NCBI GenBank assembly: GCA_946614435.1
Contig: CAMOGW010000005.1
Coordinates: 23,147 to 87,146, forward strand
From: an uncultured Prevotella sp.
GTDB lineage: Bacteria; Bacteroidota; Bacteroidia; Bacteroidales; Bacteroidaceae
Reading direction: 5' to 3'
Length of the DNA: 64,000 nt
Part shown: positions 39,748 through 49,597 of the stretch, in pieces
Numbering within the stretch: the first letter of the stretch is position 1
How the letters are laid out: the number at the start of each line of letters is the position of its first letter
Program-made: the position numbers and the translations under genes
The notes under the pieces: generated by a model
The model's database searches: none
The model's input: only the letters and a program-made list of their open reading frames with translations
Told to the model about the DNA's origin: nothing

Positions 39748-40650
39748 TCACATTGCTATGATGGTAGCGAGCTTTTCATAGATTCGTCGGCCCAGTGTCT
39801 CGGCTCCCTCGGCATTGAAGTGGAGACGGTCGCGCAGCAAAGGCAGATCGCTGGCGTCAACCACGTAGAAGTGACGGTCGTCCTTAGCCATGCGGTTCAG
39901 CGCATTGGCTATGCGCTCACTGCGCTGACGGCTCTGCACGGAGTAGTTGCCGCAGATGACAGGCAGCTTGCGATACTTCCGCTTGCCCGTAACCTTCACC
40001 AGATGTTGGCGGATGTGGGCGATGACGGCCTTCAGATTGTCATAATAGAGACTGTCGGCCTGAAAGTCGCTCTCTCCCTGATGCCACAGCAGACACTGGA
40101 TGTCGTAATGCTCGGGAAGAGTCTTCAGGCAGTCCTCCACCTGGCGTTCGAAAGCCAGCAGGAGCGACTTGCCGCCATGACTGGCTGAAGTGGTGTGATT
40201 GAGGAAGGCCGTGTCGGCACTCCAGAAGAGACCGTGGGTGCTGCTTTTGCAGGACGGGTCGATGGCGGTGCCTCCATCGGTGTGCTTGATGACGTAGAAA
40301 GGTCGTTGCCACCGTTGTTCCAGCAGGTAATAGACGATGGCATCGAAGCCCCAGCTCTGCTCTATCTTTGGCTTGGCCACACGCGGCCAAAAGGGCGTGA
40401 ACTGTCCGGTGGCCGTCTCGAAGTCACCACTGCCGTAGCTCCACTGGCAGTAGTCGTAGTACACGTAGGAGGGCAGGTCTTTCAGTGGCACTCGTCCGTC
40501 GGCATTCGATTGTCCTGCGGTCAAAATCACAGGCACAGTTTCTTTTCTGCCTGCTGTTGCTTTCGTTTCAGGGCGCATGCCCTTCTCGGTGCCAGCCTGT
40601 AGGCAGACTGCCATCATGAGGAGGAATAGGAACGGGATGATGCGTTTCAT
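39748..40650 (-). CDS. SASA/sialate O-acetylesterase-family (SGNH) carbohydrate esterase
   Basis: Signal peptide; AGQSNA, LWHQGESD, D.LHF. Confidence 0.85.
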   Translation of the reverse strand: MKRIIPFLFLLMMAVCLQAGTEKGMRPETKATAGRKETVPVILTAGQSNADGRVPLKDLPSYVYYDYCQWSYGSGDFETATGQFTPFWPRVAKPKIEQSWGFDAIVYYLLEQRWQRPFYVIKHTDGGTAIDPSCKSSTHGLFWSADTAFLNHTTSASHGGKSLLLAFERQVEDCLKTLPEHYDIQCLLWHQGESDFQADSLYYDNLKAVIAHIRQHLVKVTGKRKYRKLPVICGNYSVQSRQRSERIANALNRMAKDDRHFYVVDASDLPLLRDRLHFNAEGAETLGRRIYEKLATIIAM

Positions 40651-42212
40651 GATGCTTGTGAGTTTGTGGCATTCGCTTTCAATACCTGCTGAATGTTCTG
40701 TTCGCGATGGCAGACATGCACCTCAATGCCGAACTTGCTGTGGATGTGCTCAGCCAGATGCTGGGCACTATAGACGGAGCGATGCTGACCGCCCGTGCAG
40801 CCGAAGCAGAACATCAGTGAGGTGAAGCCGCGCTGAATGTAGCGCTGCACGTGGGCATCGGCCAGTTTATAGACTGAGTCGAGGAACGTAAGGATTTCGC
40901 CGTCGTCCTCTAAGAAGCGGATGACGGGCTCGTCGAGACCAGTCAACTTCTTGTAAGGCTCGTAGCGACCGGGGTTGTGGGTGCTGCGGCAGTCGAACAC
41001 ATAGCCACCGCCGTTGCCGCTCTCGTCTTCGGGGATGCCCTTATGATAGCTGAAGCTGAACACCTTGACCACAAGCGGACCCTGTGCATCGTACTTTGAG
41101 AAAGTGGCAGGACCGTCTTTGGGGTGGGCGTTGTAGGGGTTCAGGTCGGTGGTCTTGTAACCATCGGAACGCGACTGTGCAACCACCTCAATGTGATGAT
41201 ACTGGGGCAACTGACACAGACGGCGCAGTACATCGCACAGATAGGGATAGGGCAGGTCGGCAGGCGACTGTAGCAGCTCGCGCAGGTTCTGTATGGCGGG
41301 AGGAATGCTCTTGATGAAGTGCTGCTTACGCTCGAAGTAGCCTCTGAAGCCGTAGGCTCCCAGCACCTGCAGGGTGCGGAAGAAGACAAACAGGCGCAGA
41401 CGGCTGTCGAAGAGGTCGCGCTTAGGCATCTCGGTGAACTGCTGGGCTGCCTCATAGTATTCGTCGATGAGCTCGTGGCGCAGTTTGTCGGGATACTGGG
41501 CTGATGCCTGCCACAGGAAAGAGGCCAGGTCGTAGTAGAACGGACCGCGTCTGCCTCCCTGGAAATCGATGAAGAATGGTTGGGGGGTGTCTTCTCCTAC
41601 CAGCATGACGTTGCGCGCCTGGAAGTCGCGATAGAGAAAGCTGTCTGAACTCTCTGTGGTGAGGTCTTTGGCTAGCAGACGGAAGTCGGCCTCGAGCTTC
41701 ATCTCATGGAAATCAAGCTCACTGGCTTTCAGGAAGCAGTACTTGAAATAGTTCAGGTCGAAGAGTACTCCCTCGACATTGAAATCGGGTTGCGGATAGC
41801 AGTGGCTAAAGTCCAGTCCGCGTGCTCCCCGAAACTGTATGTTGGGCAGTTCGCGAATGGTGCGTCTGAGCAACTGTTGTTCGGCTACGGTATAGCGCCC
41901 GCCTGCCTCACGACCTCCGCTGATGGCATCGAAGAGCGATGTGCTGCCCAGGTCGGACTGCAGATAGCGCAGCTCGTCGTCGCTCACAGCGAGTACCTTT
42001 GGCACTGGCAGCCTACGCAGGGTGAAGTGCTGGGCCAGATAGATGAAGGCGTGGTTCTCGTCGCGACTGGTGCCGACGCATCCTATGACGCTCTGTCCGT
42101 CATTGTCGGTCAATCGATAGTAGGCTCGGTTGCTGCCTGCACCTGGCAGTTTCTCAGTTTGGGCTGGTTCTTGTCCTCGCCAGTTTTGATATAGTTTCAA
42201 CAGTTGTTCCAT
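40647..42212 (-). CDS. APH-family phosphotransferase (AmgK-like) fused to a RapZ C-terminal-like domain
   Basis: GSNRAYYR, YRDFQARN, IDFQG, YDLAS; C-terminal SFSY..GIP, FDCR...NP, GCTGGQHRSV. Confidence 0.85.
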   Translation of the reverse strand: MEQLLKLYQNWRGQEPAQTEKLPGAGSNRAYYRLTDNDGQSVIGCVGTSRDENHAFIYLAQHFTLRRLPVPKVLAVSDDELRYLQSDLGSTSLFDAISGGREAGGRYTVAEQQLLRRTIRELPNIQFRGARGLDFSHCYPQPDFNVEGVLFDLNYFKYCFLKASELDFHEMKLEADFRLLAKDLTTESSDSFLYRDFQARNVMLVGEDTPQPFFIDFQGGRRGPFYYDLASFLWQASAQYPDKLRHELIDEYYEAAQQFTEMPKRDLFDSRLRLFVFFRTLQVLGAYGFRGYFERKQHFIKSIPPAIQNLRELLQSPADLPYPYLCDVLRRLCQLPQYHHIEVVAQSRSDGYKTTDLNPYNAHPKDGPATFSKYDAQGPLVVKVFSFSYHKGIPEDESGNGGGYVFDCRSTHNPGRYEPYKKLTGLDEPVIRFLEDDGEILTFLDSVYKLADAHVQRYIQRGFTSLMFCFGCTGGQHRSVYSAQHLAEHIHSKFGIEVHVCHREQNIQQVLKANATNSQAS

Positions 42213-42228
42213 AGCTTTTTTTATGTAT

Positions 42229-45153
42229 TCATTGTAATGTAATGCCCATCAGTCCTATCACCACGTCGTTGGAGAGCGTGCGTAGAGTGAGGCTTTTCAG
42301 TTTCTTCTGCCTGTTGAGGGGCATGTTGAGCATCTGTGCTGCTCCTCCGGGTATTTCTCGTCCGTACACCTCCTTGATGTTGAGGGCTTCACCCAGGTTG
42401 CGGCTCACGGTGCCAGTTCCCAGACAGACGCGGTAGGGTCGAGGCTGGGCAGCGCTGAACGCCTTGCCGTCGATGAAGTAGTCCTGCTCAATGGGACACC
42501 AGTTGGCGGGGTTCTGCAGACGGAGCGTATCGGTGGTGTGGTCGGTATAGGTCACGACGACGAGCCCATTGTCGATGCGGCTCTGCATGTGGTTGGTGCT
42601 GCCAGCCATCAGCAGATAGGCAGCTGAAGCCCTTCCCTTGAGCGGTATCACAATGCTGTCGGGATAGTTGTCCCACAGCGAGGTGTAAGCAATGTTGCGC
42701 CCCTCAGTGGGCGTGCGGAAAGGCACACCAGCCACAGTGAACTGATTGTTGCGAATAAGGGTGCGGAACACGGAGTCGTTGATGGTGGGGGTGTACTGTG
42801 GATGACACCATTCGCCCACTCCCTGAACGGGAATCTGAAGCGTAGTAACCTGTGGGCGGGGCGAGAGGTACTGATTCTTGTAGATGTCATCCACCTCGGC
42901 ATTGAAGTAACTGTCTATCTTTTGCACCCGCTTGGCTCCTTCCGTAGGCTCGGCAAGTCCCAGTTCAGGCTTCCCGTGCACAACGGGATGCGACAGACGC
43001 ATCACGTAATCAGCTTTTTTCACTTCTATCACTTGATGCCGTTCGCTGGTACCCTCGGTGTCATGATACTTTCCCAGTCCGCAGTTCTGGCGGAGCACAA
43101 TCTTCAGGGGCTGACGGAAGTTCTGTGTGATTTCATAGCGCTCCAGTCCTTCCTTGCGCGTAAACTTATATTCCAGATAAGGTGTCTTGATGCTGACGCT
43201 ATTCCACGAGTCAGGAAAGCCAGGACGAATCATGCACTTACCGTCAAGCGCCTGAGGAATAATGCCAAAGAGACCTTGAATCAGTGTGCGCGAAGAGATG
43301 CCGATGCAATCACCAAAGTCGCGATAACACTCACCACGGGCTGCATCGAAGTGCGATAACTGTCCGAAGTTGGCAGGCGACTGTCCGAAGTACATGTTGT
43401 CCATCACATTGCCCATCAGCAGGTCGAAACCCTGTGTGCTGTTGCCTGCCTCGAAGAAAGCCAGTGCCGTGTGCATCACCTCGGCAATGGCCACGTTGTT
43501 GATGCTCCACGAATAGGGCATCCAGTTTGATGTGGCGATGGTGCGATAGCCCGTATTCTCAACACGGAAATGAGGGATGTGCGACCTCACCCAGTTGGTA
43601 GCCCTATATGCCTGTTCTGGCGAACAAGCGCCACAATCGATGGGTGTATAGATGCTCCATACGGCAGGACTTTCATGGAGTCGTTTCAAGCCCATCGCGT
43701 CCTGATACTCTGCCCAGACACCTTTGTCCTTCATCCAGAGACGCTCGTTCATGGCCTTGAGGATGGCTTCTGCCTCTTGCTGGTAGGGCTTGGGATCCTC
43801 TCCGATGATTTCGGCAATGCGGGCAGCGAGCTTGTTACCTCTATAGTTATAGGCAGAGGAGTGGGTCACGGCTCCACCACTATAGTATAAGGCATCGCTT
43901 GCCCAGATGCAGCAGTAGGCATCGTAGAGGTGATCGCCGTCGGCATCGTAGTTGCGCTTCTCCCATGCCAGATGGCGCTTGATGACAGGCCACATGCGGC
44001 GCATATAGATGGTGTCGGCATCATACTGGAAGTGCCACAGCAACTCGTCCATATAGTTGAGGTTCATGTCGTAGTGGTGCATCTGGTCATTGCGTTCGGG
44101 GTTGCGACAGATGTAGCCGTTCGAGTACATCTGTGTGCCCCATCGCTTCTCGGCACGTGCCAGGTTCATCTTCGGGTCTTGCGAGGGGTGGGGGATGGTA
44201 GCCGGCACGTCGGTCACCTGACTCTTGGCATAGGCATCGAAGTGGCTCAACTGACGGTCGTTCCAGCCCAGCACATCACCCACGTATGCTGCTCGCCATC
44301 CTGCCAGCGGCATGCGCCAGCCAATGCAGCCGTGCAGCCACGTCTGACCGTCCCAGTCGCCGTCGGCAGCTACGGCGAGCGCACTGCCTAAGGTGTTGAT
44401 GTAAGGATCGGGGGTGTGGAATGTCAATCGGCTTGCCAACTGCTCGTTGTACTGCAGTGCTTCGTTGTATAGCTGACTGGCATCTGCGAAACTCAGTGGA
44501 GCCACTGAGTCGAGGCGTACCACGATGTGGGCTTTCGTGCGACTGTCATCGCTATAGGAAGCTTGGCTCACTACAAGTCCGCGCTCTTGCGGGTCGGGTT
44601 CGAACACACCTGGGGCATCAGCTCCGATGTCACCATTGCGCTTCAACTTCGGCTTGGCTATCTGGCACAACTTGACCTGTACGTCGAGTGCCATTGCCGC
44701 ATCGTCGGCTTCCAACTGCCATACGGCTCCCTCTTCGGTGGGGAGTGCCACAACAGCCATCCGGAGTGCGCTCTGCCAGCGATGGTCCTTCAGCAGGTAG
44801 CTGCGCATGCCGTTCTTATAAGTAGCCTTGCAATAGTCGGTGGAGTCGAGGGCAACACCATTTACAGAAAAACGGATGTTGCGATGGTGACCTTTCTTCA
44901 CAACTGCGAAGGCAGGTCGGTCGGAGGTCTCTACACGCCAGTCGGTATAGGAGCCGTAGAGCGCACGGGTGAAACGGTTTTTACCATTCTCGCAGACGAA
45001 AGCCCCGTTCTCGGGAAAATATTGCTGGGTGCGCAGTTGTCCGCGACTTGCTTCATTATACGATTGTATAACCCCAGCAATGTGGGTCTGTCCACTTGCT
45101 GTGAGGTTGGTCATAGCCAGCATAGGAAGGGCTAGGATGAAAAATCGATTCAT
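42229..45153 (-). CDS. DUF4450-family secreted glycoside hydrolase-like protein
   Basis: Signal peptide; NG..RFTRALYG, GWR..Y.GD.LGW, YDMN, IWASDAL.Y, G.GEW. Confidence 0.72.
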   Translation of the reverse strand: MNRFFILALPMLAMTNLTASGQTHIAGVIQSYNEASRGQLRTQQYFPENGAFVCENGKNRFTRALYGSYTDWRVETSDRPAFAVVKKGHHRNIRFSVNGVALDSTDYCKATYKNGMRSYLLKDHRWQSALRMAVVALPTEEGAVWQLEADDAAMALDVQVKLCQIAKPKLKRNGDIGADAPGVFEPDPQERGLVVSQASYSDDSRTKAHIVVRLDSVAPLSFADASQLYNEALQYNEQLASRLTFHTPDPYINTLGSALAVAADGDWDGQTWLHGCIGWRMPLAGWRAAYVGDVLGWNDRQLSHFDAYAKSQVTDVPATIPHPSQDPKMNLARAEKRWGTQMYSNGYICRNPERNDQMHHYDMNLNYMDELLWHFQYDADTIYMRRMWPVIKRHLAWEKRNYDADGDHLYDAYCCIWASDALYYSGGAVTHSSAYNYRGNKLAARIAEIIGEDPKPYQQEAEAILKAMNERLWMKDKGVWAEYQDAMGLKRLHESPAVWSIYTPIDCGACSPEQAYRATNWVRSHIPHFRVENTGYRTIATSNWMPYSWSINNVAIAEVMHTALAFFEAGNSTQGFDLLMGNVMDNMYFGQSPANFGQLSHFDAARGECYRDFGDCIGISSRTLIQGLFGIIPQALDGKCMIRPGFPDSWNSVSIKTPYLEYKFTRKEGLERYEITQNFRQPLKIVLRQNCGLGKYHDTEGTSERHQVIEVKKADYVMRLSHPVVHGKPELGLAEPTEGAKRVQKIDSYFNAEVDDIYKNQYLSPRPQVTTLQIPVQGVGEWCHPQYTPTINDSVFRTLIRNNQFTVAGVPFRTPTEGRNIAYTSLWDNYPDSIVIPLKGRASAAYLLMAGSTNHMQSRIDNGLVVVTYTDHTTDTLRLQNPANWCPIEQDYFIDGKAFSAAQPRPYRVCLGTGTVSRNLGEALNIKEVYGREIPGGAAQMLNMPLNRQKKLKSLTLRTLSNDVVIGLMGITLQ

Positions 45154-45197
45154 TGTGAAAAGAGCAGTATTCGTTCTGTTTCATTCTTCGAGTGCTG

Positions 45198-45257
45198 CAA
45201 AGATAGCTATTTTTCCCGAAAAAAGTCATGACGGTTGTCTTTTTTTTCTTACTTTTG
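45198..45257. promoter_or_regulatory. Back-to-back -7 promoters (DUF4450 operon and miaA)
   Basis: TATCTTTG on minus (45198-45205) and TACTTTTG on plus (45250-45257). Confidence 0.6.
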
Positions 45258-45266
45258 CAAACATCT

Positions 45267-46199
45267 ATGAAACAACTGATTACTATTCTTGGACCAACAG
45301 CCAGCGGGAAGACACCGTTGGCAGCGGCTTTGGCAAGCGAAACCGACGGTGAGATCCTCTCTGCCGACTCAAGGCAGGTGTACCGACGGATGGACATCGG
45401 AACAGGTAAGGACCTGGCCGACTACCGCGTGGAGATTGACGGCACTCCCATTGACATCCCCTACCACTTGATTGACATCTGCGAGCCTGGCACGAAGTAT
45501 AATCTTTTTCAGTACCAGCAGGATTTCTACGATGCCTATCAGCAGATCCTGGAAAGAAACCGGCAACCCATCCTCTGCGGAGGTACCGGACTCTATATCG
45601 AGGCTGTGCTCAAGGGCTATCACCTGTCACCCGTTCCACAGAACCCTGAACTGCGTGCGCAGTTGGAAGGAAAGAGCCTGGAAGAACTGACTGTCATGTT
45701 GGAGGAACTGAAGCGCAAGAACGGTTCGGTGATGCATAATGTCACGGACGTGGACTCCTGTCAGCGGGCCATTCGAGCCATCGAGATAGAATCCTACAAC
45801 TTGGAGCATCCCATGCCCCTTAGGGAACTGCCTGCCATTCAGTCGCTCATTATCGGGGTGAATATCGACCGTGAGCTGCGCCGTGAGAAGATCACTTGTC
45901 GTCTGAAAGCCCGTCTCGATGAGGGTATGGTCGATGAGATTCGGACACTGCTCGATAGCGGCATCCCTGCCGAGGACCTCATTTACTATGGGTTGGAATA
46001 CAAGTATCTCACGGAGTATGTCATTGGTCGCCTTACTTACGATGAAATGTTCCGTCAGTTAGAGATAGCCATCCACCAGTTTGCCAAGCGGCAAATGACC
46101 TGGTTCCGGGGCATGGAGCGTCGCGGCTTCACCATCCACTGGATAGATGCCACGTTGCCGATGGAGGAGAAGGTGCAGGCCATCAAGGCATTGATGTAG
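45267..46199 (+). CDS. miaA: tRNA dimethylallyltransferase
   Basis: GPTASGKT, SADSRQVYR.MDIGTGK, GGTGLY, FAKRQMTWF. Confidence 0.96.
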   Translation: MKQLITILGPTASGKTPLAAALASETDGEILSADSRQVYRRMDIGTGKDLADYRVEIDGTPIDIPYHLIDICEPGTKYNLFQYQQDFYDAYQQILERNRQPILCGGTGLYIEAVLKGYHLSPVPQNPELRAQLEGKSLEELTVMLEELKRKNGSVMHNVTDVDSCQRAIRAIEIESYNLEHPMPLRELPAIQSLIIGVNIDRELRREKITCRLKARLDEGMVDEIRTLLDSGIPAEDLIYYGLEYKYLTEYVIGRLTYDEMFRQLEIAIHQFAKRQMTWFRGMERRGFTIHWIDATLPMEEKVQAIKALM

Positions 46200-47142
46200 T
46201 GGAAAGGGATTCTAGCTTACTCAATTCATTGATGATATTCTTGCGTTCCTTAAAGACTTCTATGGGTATAGGTTCTTTTCCTTCCTTTTCGGTCTTATGT
46301 TGATAGAAAGCGTTGAGTACACGCATGATTTTGTTGGTGTTATGCCCATCTACTTTTCTGTAGCCTCGAATCTCTGGCGGAGCAATCCCCTTGTCAGCAG
46401 CATTGAACGTCCAATACGTGCAAAGTGCAATATCAGTACGATGCAGTCCCATAGCACAAGCAATGTAAAAACGGCCGTTGTCTATCAAACGACAAAACTC
46501 TGGAAAGAGGCTAATCATCTGCTCAACCTCCTCGTATGACACCGGGTAGTGAAAATATGCTATGCCACTTTCCTTGCACAGTTCACTATAGAAGTCGGAA
46601 GTGTAGTCTGCTCGCAAATCAATGATCTGGTTAATGCCAGCCTCCATCATCGTGTTCCATGCGTGCAGTTGTCTTTCAGACGATAGCGTTCTTCCACGAA
46701 AGCCTCCATAGACAGGTGCCAAATCTGGAATGTTAGTAGATAAGATTTTCTTCACGTCCAAAGCCGTTGCCTGTGCAATAGGCTTTTTGGCATATTTTTC
46801 CAAATTCAGCGCTTCGGTGGATTTTTCCTGAATAGGCAATCCATGCGCATCTTGGCTGACATGCCATCCGTCGCAGAACAAGCACTTATAGACCGTGAAT
46901 GGCTTTCCATACTTCTTTGCCATATCTACAGCAGCATTCTCTGCCTTGCTCTTTGTCGGGTACGCTATCTTAGGCTTCCCGTTACTCCTCTTGATATGCG
47001 AGTAGATAGAGAAGGCTCCCCATGCCGACCTGTTAACTACCAAGTTACGAAACATGTGAGGCCGTTGCAGCTGATCCTTGAGCCATACGCCAATATATCT
47101 TAGCTTGATTTCCTTCAGACTAATAATCATCGTCCTCATCAT
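46183..47142 (-). CDS. Protein-tyrosine/dual-specificity-phosphatase-like protein with an N-terminal CxxC domain
   Basis: IIDLR and ACAMGLHRT (CX5R P-loop); N-terminal YKCLFCDGWH. Confidence 0.7.
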   Translation of the reverse strand: MMRTMIISLKEIKLRYIGVWLKDQLQRPHMFRNLVVNRSAWGAFSIYSHIKRSNGKPKIAYPTKSKAENAAVDMAKKYGKPFTVYKCLFCDGWHVSQDAHGLPIQEKSTEALNLEKYAKKPIAQATALDVKKILSTNIPDLAPVYGGFRGRTLSSERQLHAWNTMMEAGINQIIDLRADYTSDFYSELCKESGIAYFHYPVSYEEVEQMISLFPEFCRLIDNGRFYIACAMGLHRTDIALCTYWTFNAADKGIAPPEIRGYRKVDGHNTNKIMRVLNAFYQHKTEKEGKEPIPIEVFKERKNIINELSKLESLSTTSMP

Positions 47143-47220
47143 ATTGATTAATCAAAAATTCTGTGAACAAATGGTTCATCCGCAATGTCTTCTTTTTTAT
47201 CGTTGGATACCAATAGAGTT

Positions 47221-47652
47221 TCAGTCTTCAAACAAGGATGGAATACGGTTCCAGTCTGCTTTCGTGATTTCAAATCTCTCGAAATCGGATCCGATAGGTT
47301 GATAGCTGTATTCATACTCTTTCTGTCCAAAATCGAAAGAAAAATCGACGTAGCGCACACCTATTGGATAGTTGTATGAAAACGATATGGAACGCTTCTC
47401 TTTGTTTACAGCATATTTTATTTTTCCTTTACTTTTCGAACAGCCTTCCTGATATTCATAGAGACAAGTTCCGTTATTCATGACATATACTTTTACGCCA
47501 CAGTAAGGTCCGTTGCTTACTATTTTGTCCTCAATGATGATTACTGCTCTGCCAGTCTTTCCAAACAAGTTCAGCACTACGCACCAGACACAAAGTATGC
47601 CAATCAGTACAATCCATTTTTTCTTCTTGAGTTTCATGATTTTTCCCATCAT
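47221..47652 (-). CDS. Hypothetical membrane-anchored protein
   Basis: Basic N-terminus plus hydrophobic anchor; co-oriented in the island. Confidence 0.55.
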   Translation of the reverse strand: MMGKIMKLKKKKWIVLIGILCVWCVVLNLFGKTGRAVIIIEDKIVSNGPYCGVKVYVMNNGTCLYEYQEGCSKSKGKIKYAVNKEKRSISFSYNYPIGVRYVDFSFDFGQKEYEYSYQPIGSDFERFEITKADWNRIPSLFED

Positions 47653-47670
47653 GCAATAATTAGGATTATT

Positions 47671-47958
47671 TTAATCGATTAATGTAAAAGCGTAGAACAA
47701 TCCCATTCCTCCTATTCCGATCCCGCCAAAGAACCAATACAGATTTGCCCATCTCGAATAGCCTTTTTCTTTAATCAGATAGCGGCATCTACAGACCAAA
47801 GCAATGAATGTAAACAATAGTGTCAGTTGCGTAAAAAGGACTTCATCTTCTACAAGATCAAATTCTTTATTTGTTGTTATTAACAAGGAAACAATGACTG
47901 GCACACCTATAAAACCAATAAACAATGCTGTTGCAAAATGTATTAAGAAAGTCTTCAT
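47671..47958 (-). CDS. Hypothetical small membrane protein (3 TM)
   Basis: Three hydrophobic segments after ATG 47958. Confidence 0.55.
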   Translation of the reverse strand: MKTFLIHFATALFIGFIGVPVIVSLLITTNKEFDLVEDEVLFTQLTLLFTFIALVCRCRYLIKEKGYSRWANLYWFFGGIGIGGMGLFYAFTLID

Positions 47959-47974
47959 GATTCTAATCGCTTTT

Positions 47975-48529
47975 TTAGTAATAAGTGATGGATCGTTCTT
48001 CGATATATGTATTCCTACCGTCACTTGATACATGCCTTCGCTTCGTCCAGTTGCCATGACTGTCGCGTTCAGTTACGTGCACGGTTAATTCGTCAAGAAC
48101 ATCTCCTATGTCAGAAGGATCACCATAATGAATTCTATACTTGCCCACTTCGCCTTTTGTCGTATAGAAAGGATAAATAATTTTAGGCGTGAATTCGTAA
48201 TCGCCTCTACGATTATAGAACACCCAAATGACCCTTCCCAATCGGTCATAATGCCAATGGTATGCATCGGTGGGATCCATGCCTTCTCGCTTCATCCGCC
48301 CTTTTCGGTCTCGTTCGGCATAATAACGTTGTTCGAACCCTATCAAGCGCCCACTACGAGTGAACTTTTGCGTGTCTTGAAAGTAAGGAATGGGATAGGG
48401 GCGATTCAACATACTCTTCCACTTGATTTGCTTTACTGGGCCTTTCGCCTCATACACAGCCAAGTCCTGTGCCGAAACGCTGATTATGGGGAACCATAAC
48501 AGCAGTATAGATAGTACTTTCTTTATCAT
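47975..48529 (-). CDS. Secreted hypothetical protein with YD/RHS-like beta repeats
   Basis: Signal peptide; KGPVKQI, YDRLGRV, D.HGNWTKR, ERSITYY. Confidence 0.65.
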   Translation of the reverse strand: MIKKVLSILLLWFPIISVSAQDLAVYEAKGPVKQIKWKSMLNRPYPIPYFQDTQKFTRSGRLIGFEQRYYAERDRKGRMKREGMDPTDAYHWHYDRLGRVIWVFYNRRGDYEFTPKIIYPFYTTKGEVGKYRIHYGDPSDIGDVLDELTVHVTERDSHGNWTKRRHVSSDGRNTYIEERSITYY

Positions 48530-48554
48530 CCTATTTCTCTTGTGCTACGTTTCG

Positions 48555-49376
48555 TTATTCCTTGATTCCTTTTTCAGCAACGTATTGTTTCAGACTGTCA
48601 ATATTGCCGTTGAACAGGTTCATATCTACTTCATTTTCTGTTATTCCAGTAGCATGGCCTTTATGTGTGAATTGCCAAAACCTCCAGTTCTCTGGCAACT
48701 CATTATAGGCGCCTCTTGGTTTTGCAATCCAAATGTCATGATCGCGCAGCACCTGATCATCCTTTACCCAATCATTATATCCGTTCAGGTTGGTGTAGAT
48801 AATGGCTTTCACCCCATAATGTTTCTCCACCACGTCTAACCATTCTTTGGCTATCTTGCGCCATTGGTCAACCGATACTTTCAGCTCTATAGTATTTCCG
48901 TTCTTAGTGTCCTTCTCAATGTCGAGCACAGGAGGAAGGTCACCTTTCTCTAAGTTAGCTACAGAAAGGAAATGCTCAGCTTGCTTCGTTCCCGAAACAG
49001 AGTCTATCAGGAAGTGATATGCACCTCGCAGGATATTGTTGTTCTTTGCCTCTTCAAAGTTTGTGTAGAAGTTGGCATCTGTCACGCAGTTACTTTTTGT
49101 CGCTCTAACAAAGACAAACTGTACTGGCACATCTTCTTTTAGATTCTTATCCTTGAAATATTCTGCACTGCCAACTATACAATTGCGATTCAGAGACAGT
49201 TGTTTCCATTCTATATGTCCCTGATACTGAGATACATCGAGTCCCGCCACAACAGAGTCATTTGATGTTTCCACTTCTTTCACACCATTCTTGCCTGCGC
49301 AAGCTCCCGTCATCACGGCAAACAAGCATCCCACTGTCACCGTCATCCAAAGTTCTTTGAATAAATGCTTCTTCAT
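48555..49376 (-). CDS. GH25 muramidase (lysozyme), probable lipoprotein
   Basis: GLDVSQYQG.I.W, FVFVRAT, GAYHF, LPPVLDIE, WQFT..G, VDMN. Confidence 0.92.
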   Translation of the reverse strand: MKKHLFKELWMTVTVGCLFAVMTGACAGKNGVKEVETSNDSVVAGLDVSQYQGHIEWKQLSLNRNCIVGSAEYFKDKNLKEDVPVQFVFVRATKSNCVTDANFYTNFEEAKNNNILRGAYHFLIDSVSGTKQAEHFLSVANLEKGDLPPVLDIEKDTKNGNTIELKVSVDQWRKIAKEWLDVVEKHYGVKAIIYTNLNGYNDWVKDDQVLRDHDIWIAKPRGAYNELPENWRFWQFTHKGHATGITENEVDMNLFNGNIDSLKQYVAEKGIKE

Positions 49377-49597
49377 ATTTTTTCTTTTTTATAGTTTGAT
49401 ATGAATATAGACTCCCTTCCGCTTTTGATTCTATCATTGATGAACAAAAAATGTGGTTAAAGCCCATCTTGTATAAGCCCTATAGATAGTTGATAACTGC
49501 TATTGATAGTCGCATACAACTGTACGAATAGTTTGGGAGCCTTCCAAACTTTCAGGGAGAATTCTTTTGGGGGCATGAAAAGAGAATGTGCCAATTT

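Noticed and set aside
48555-49376. GH25 lysozyme as evidence of a prophage lysis cassette
   Set aside because: No structural, terminase, integrase or clear holin/spanin genes nearby; the protein has a lipoprotein-like signal
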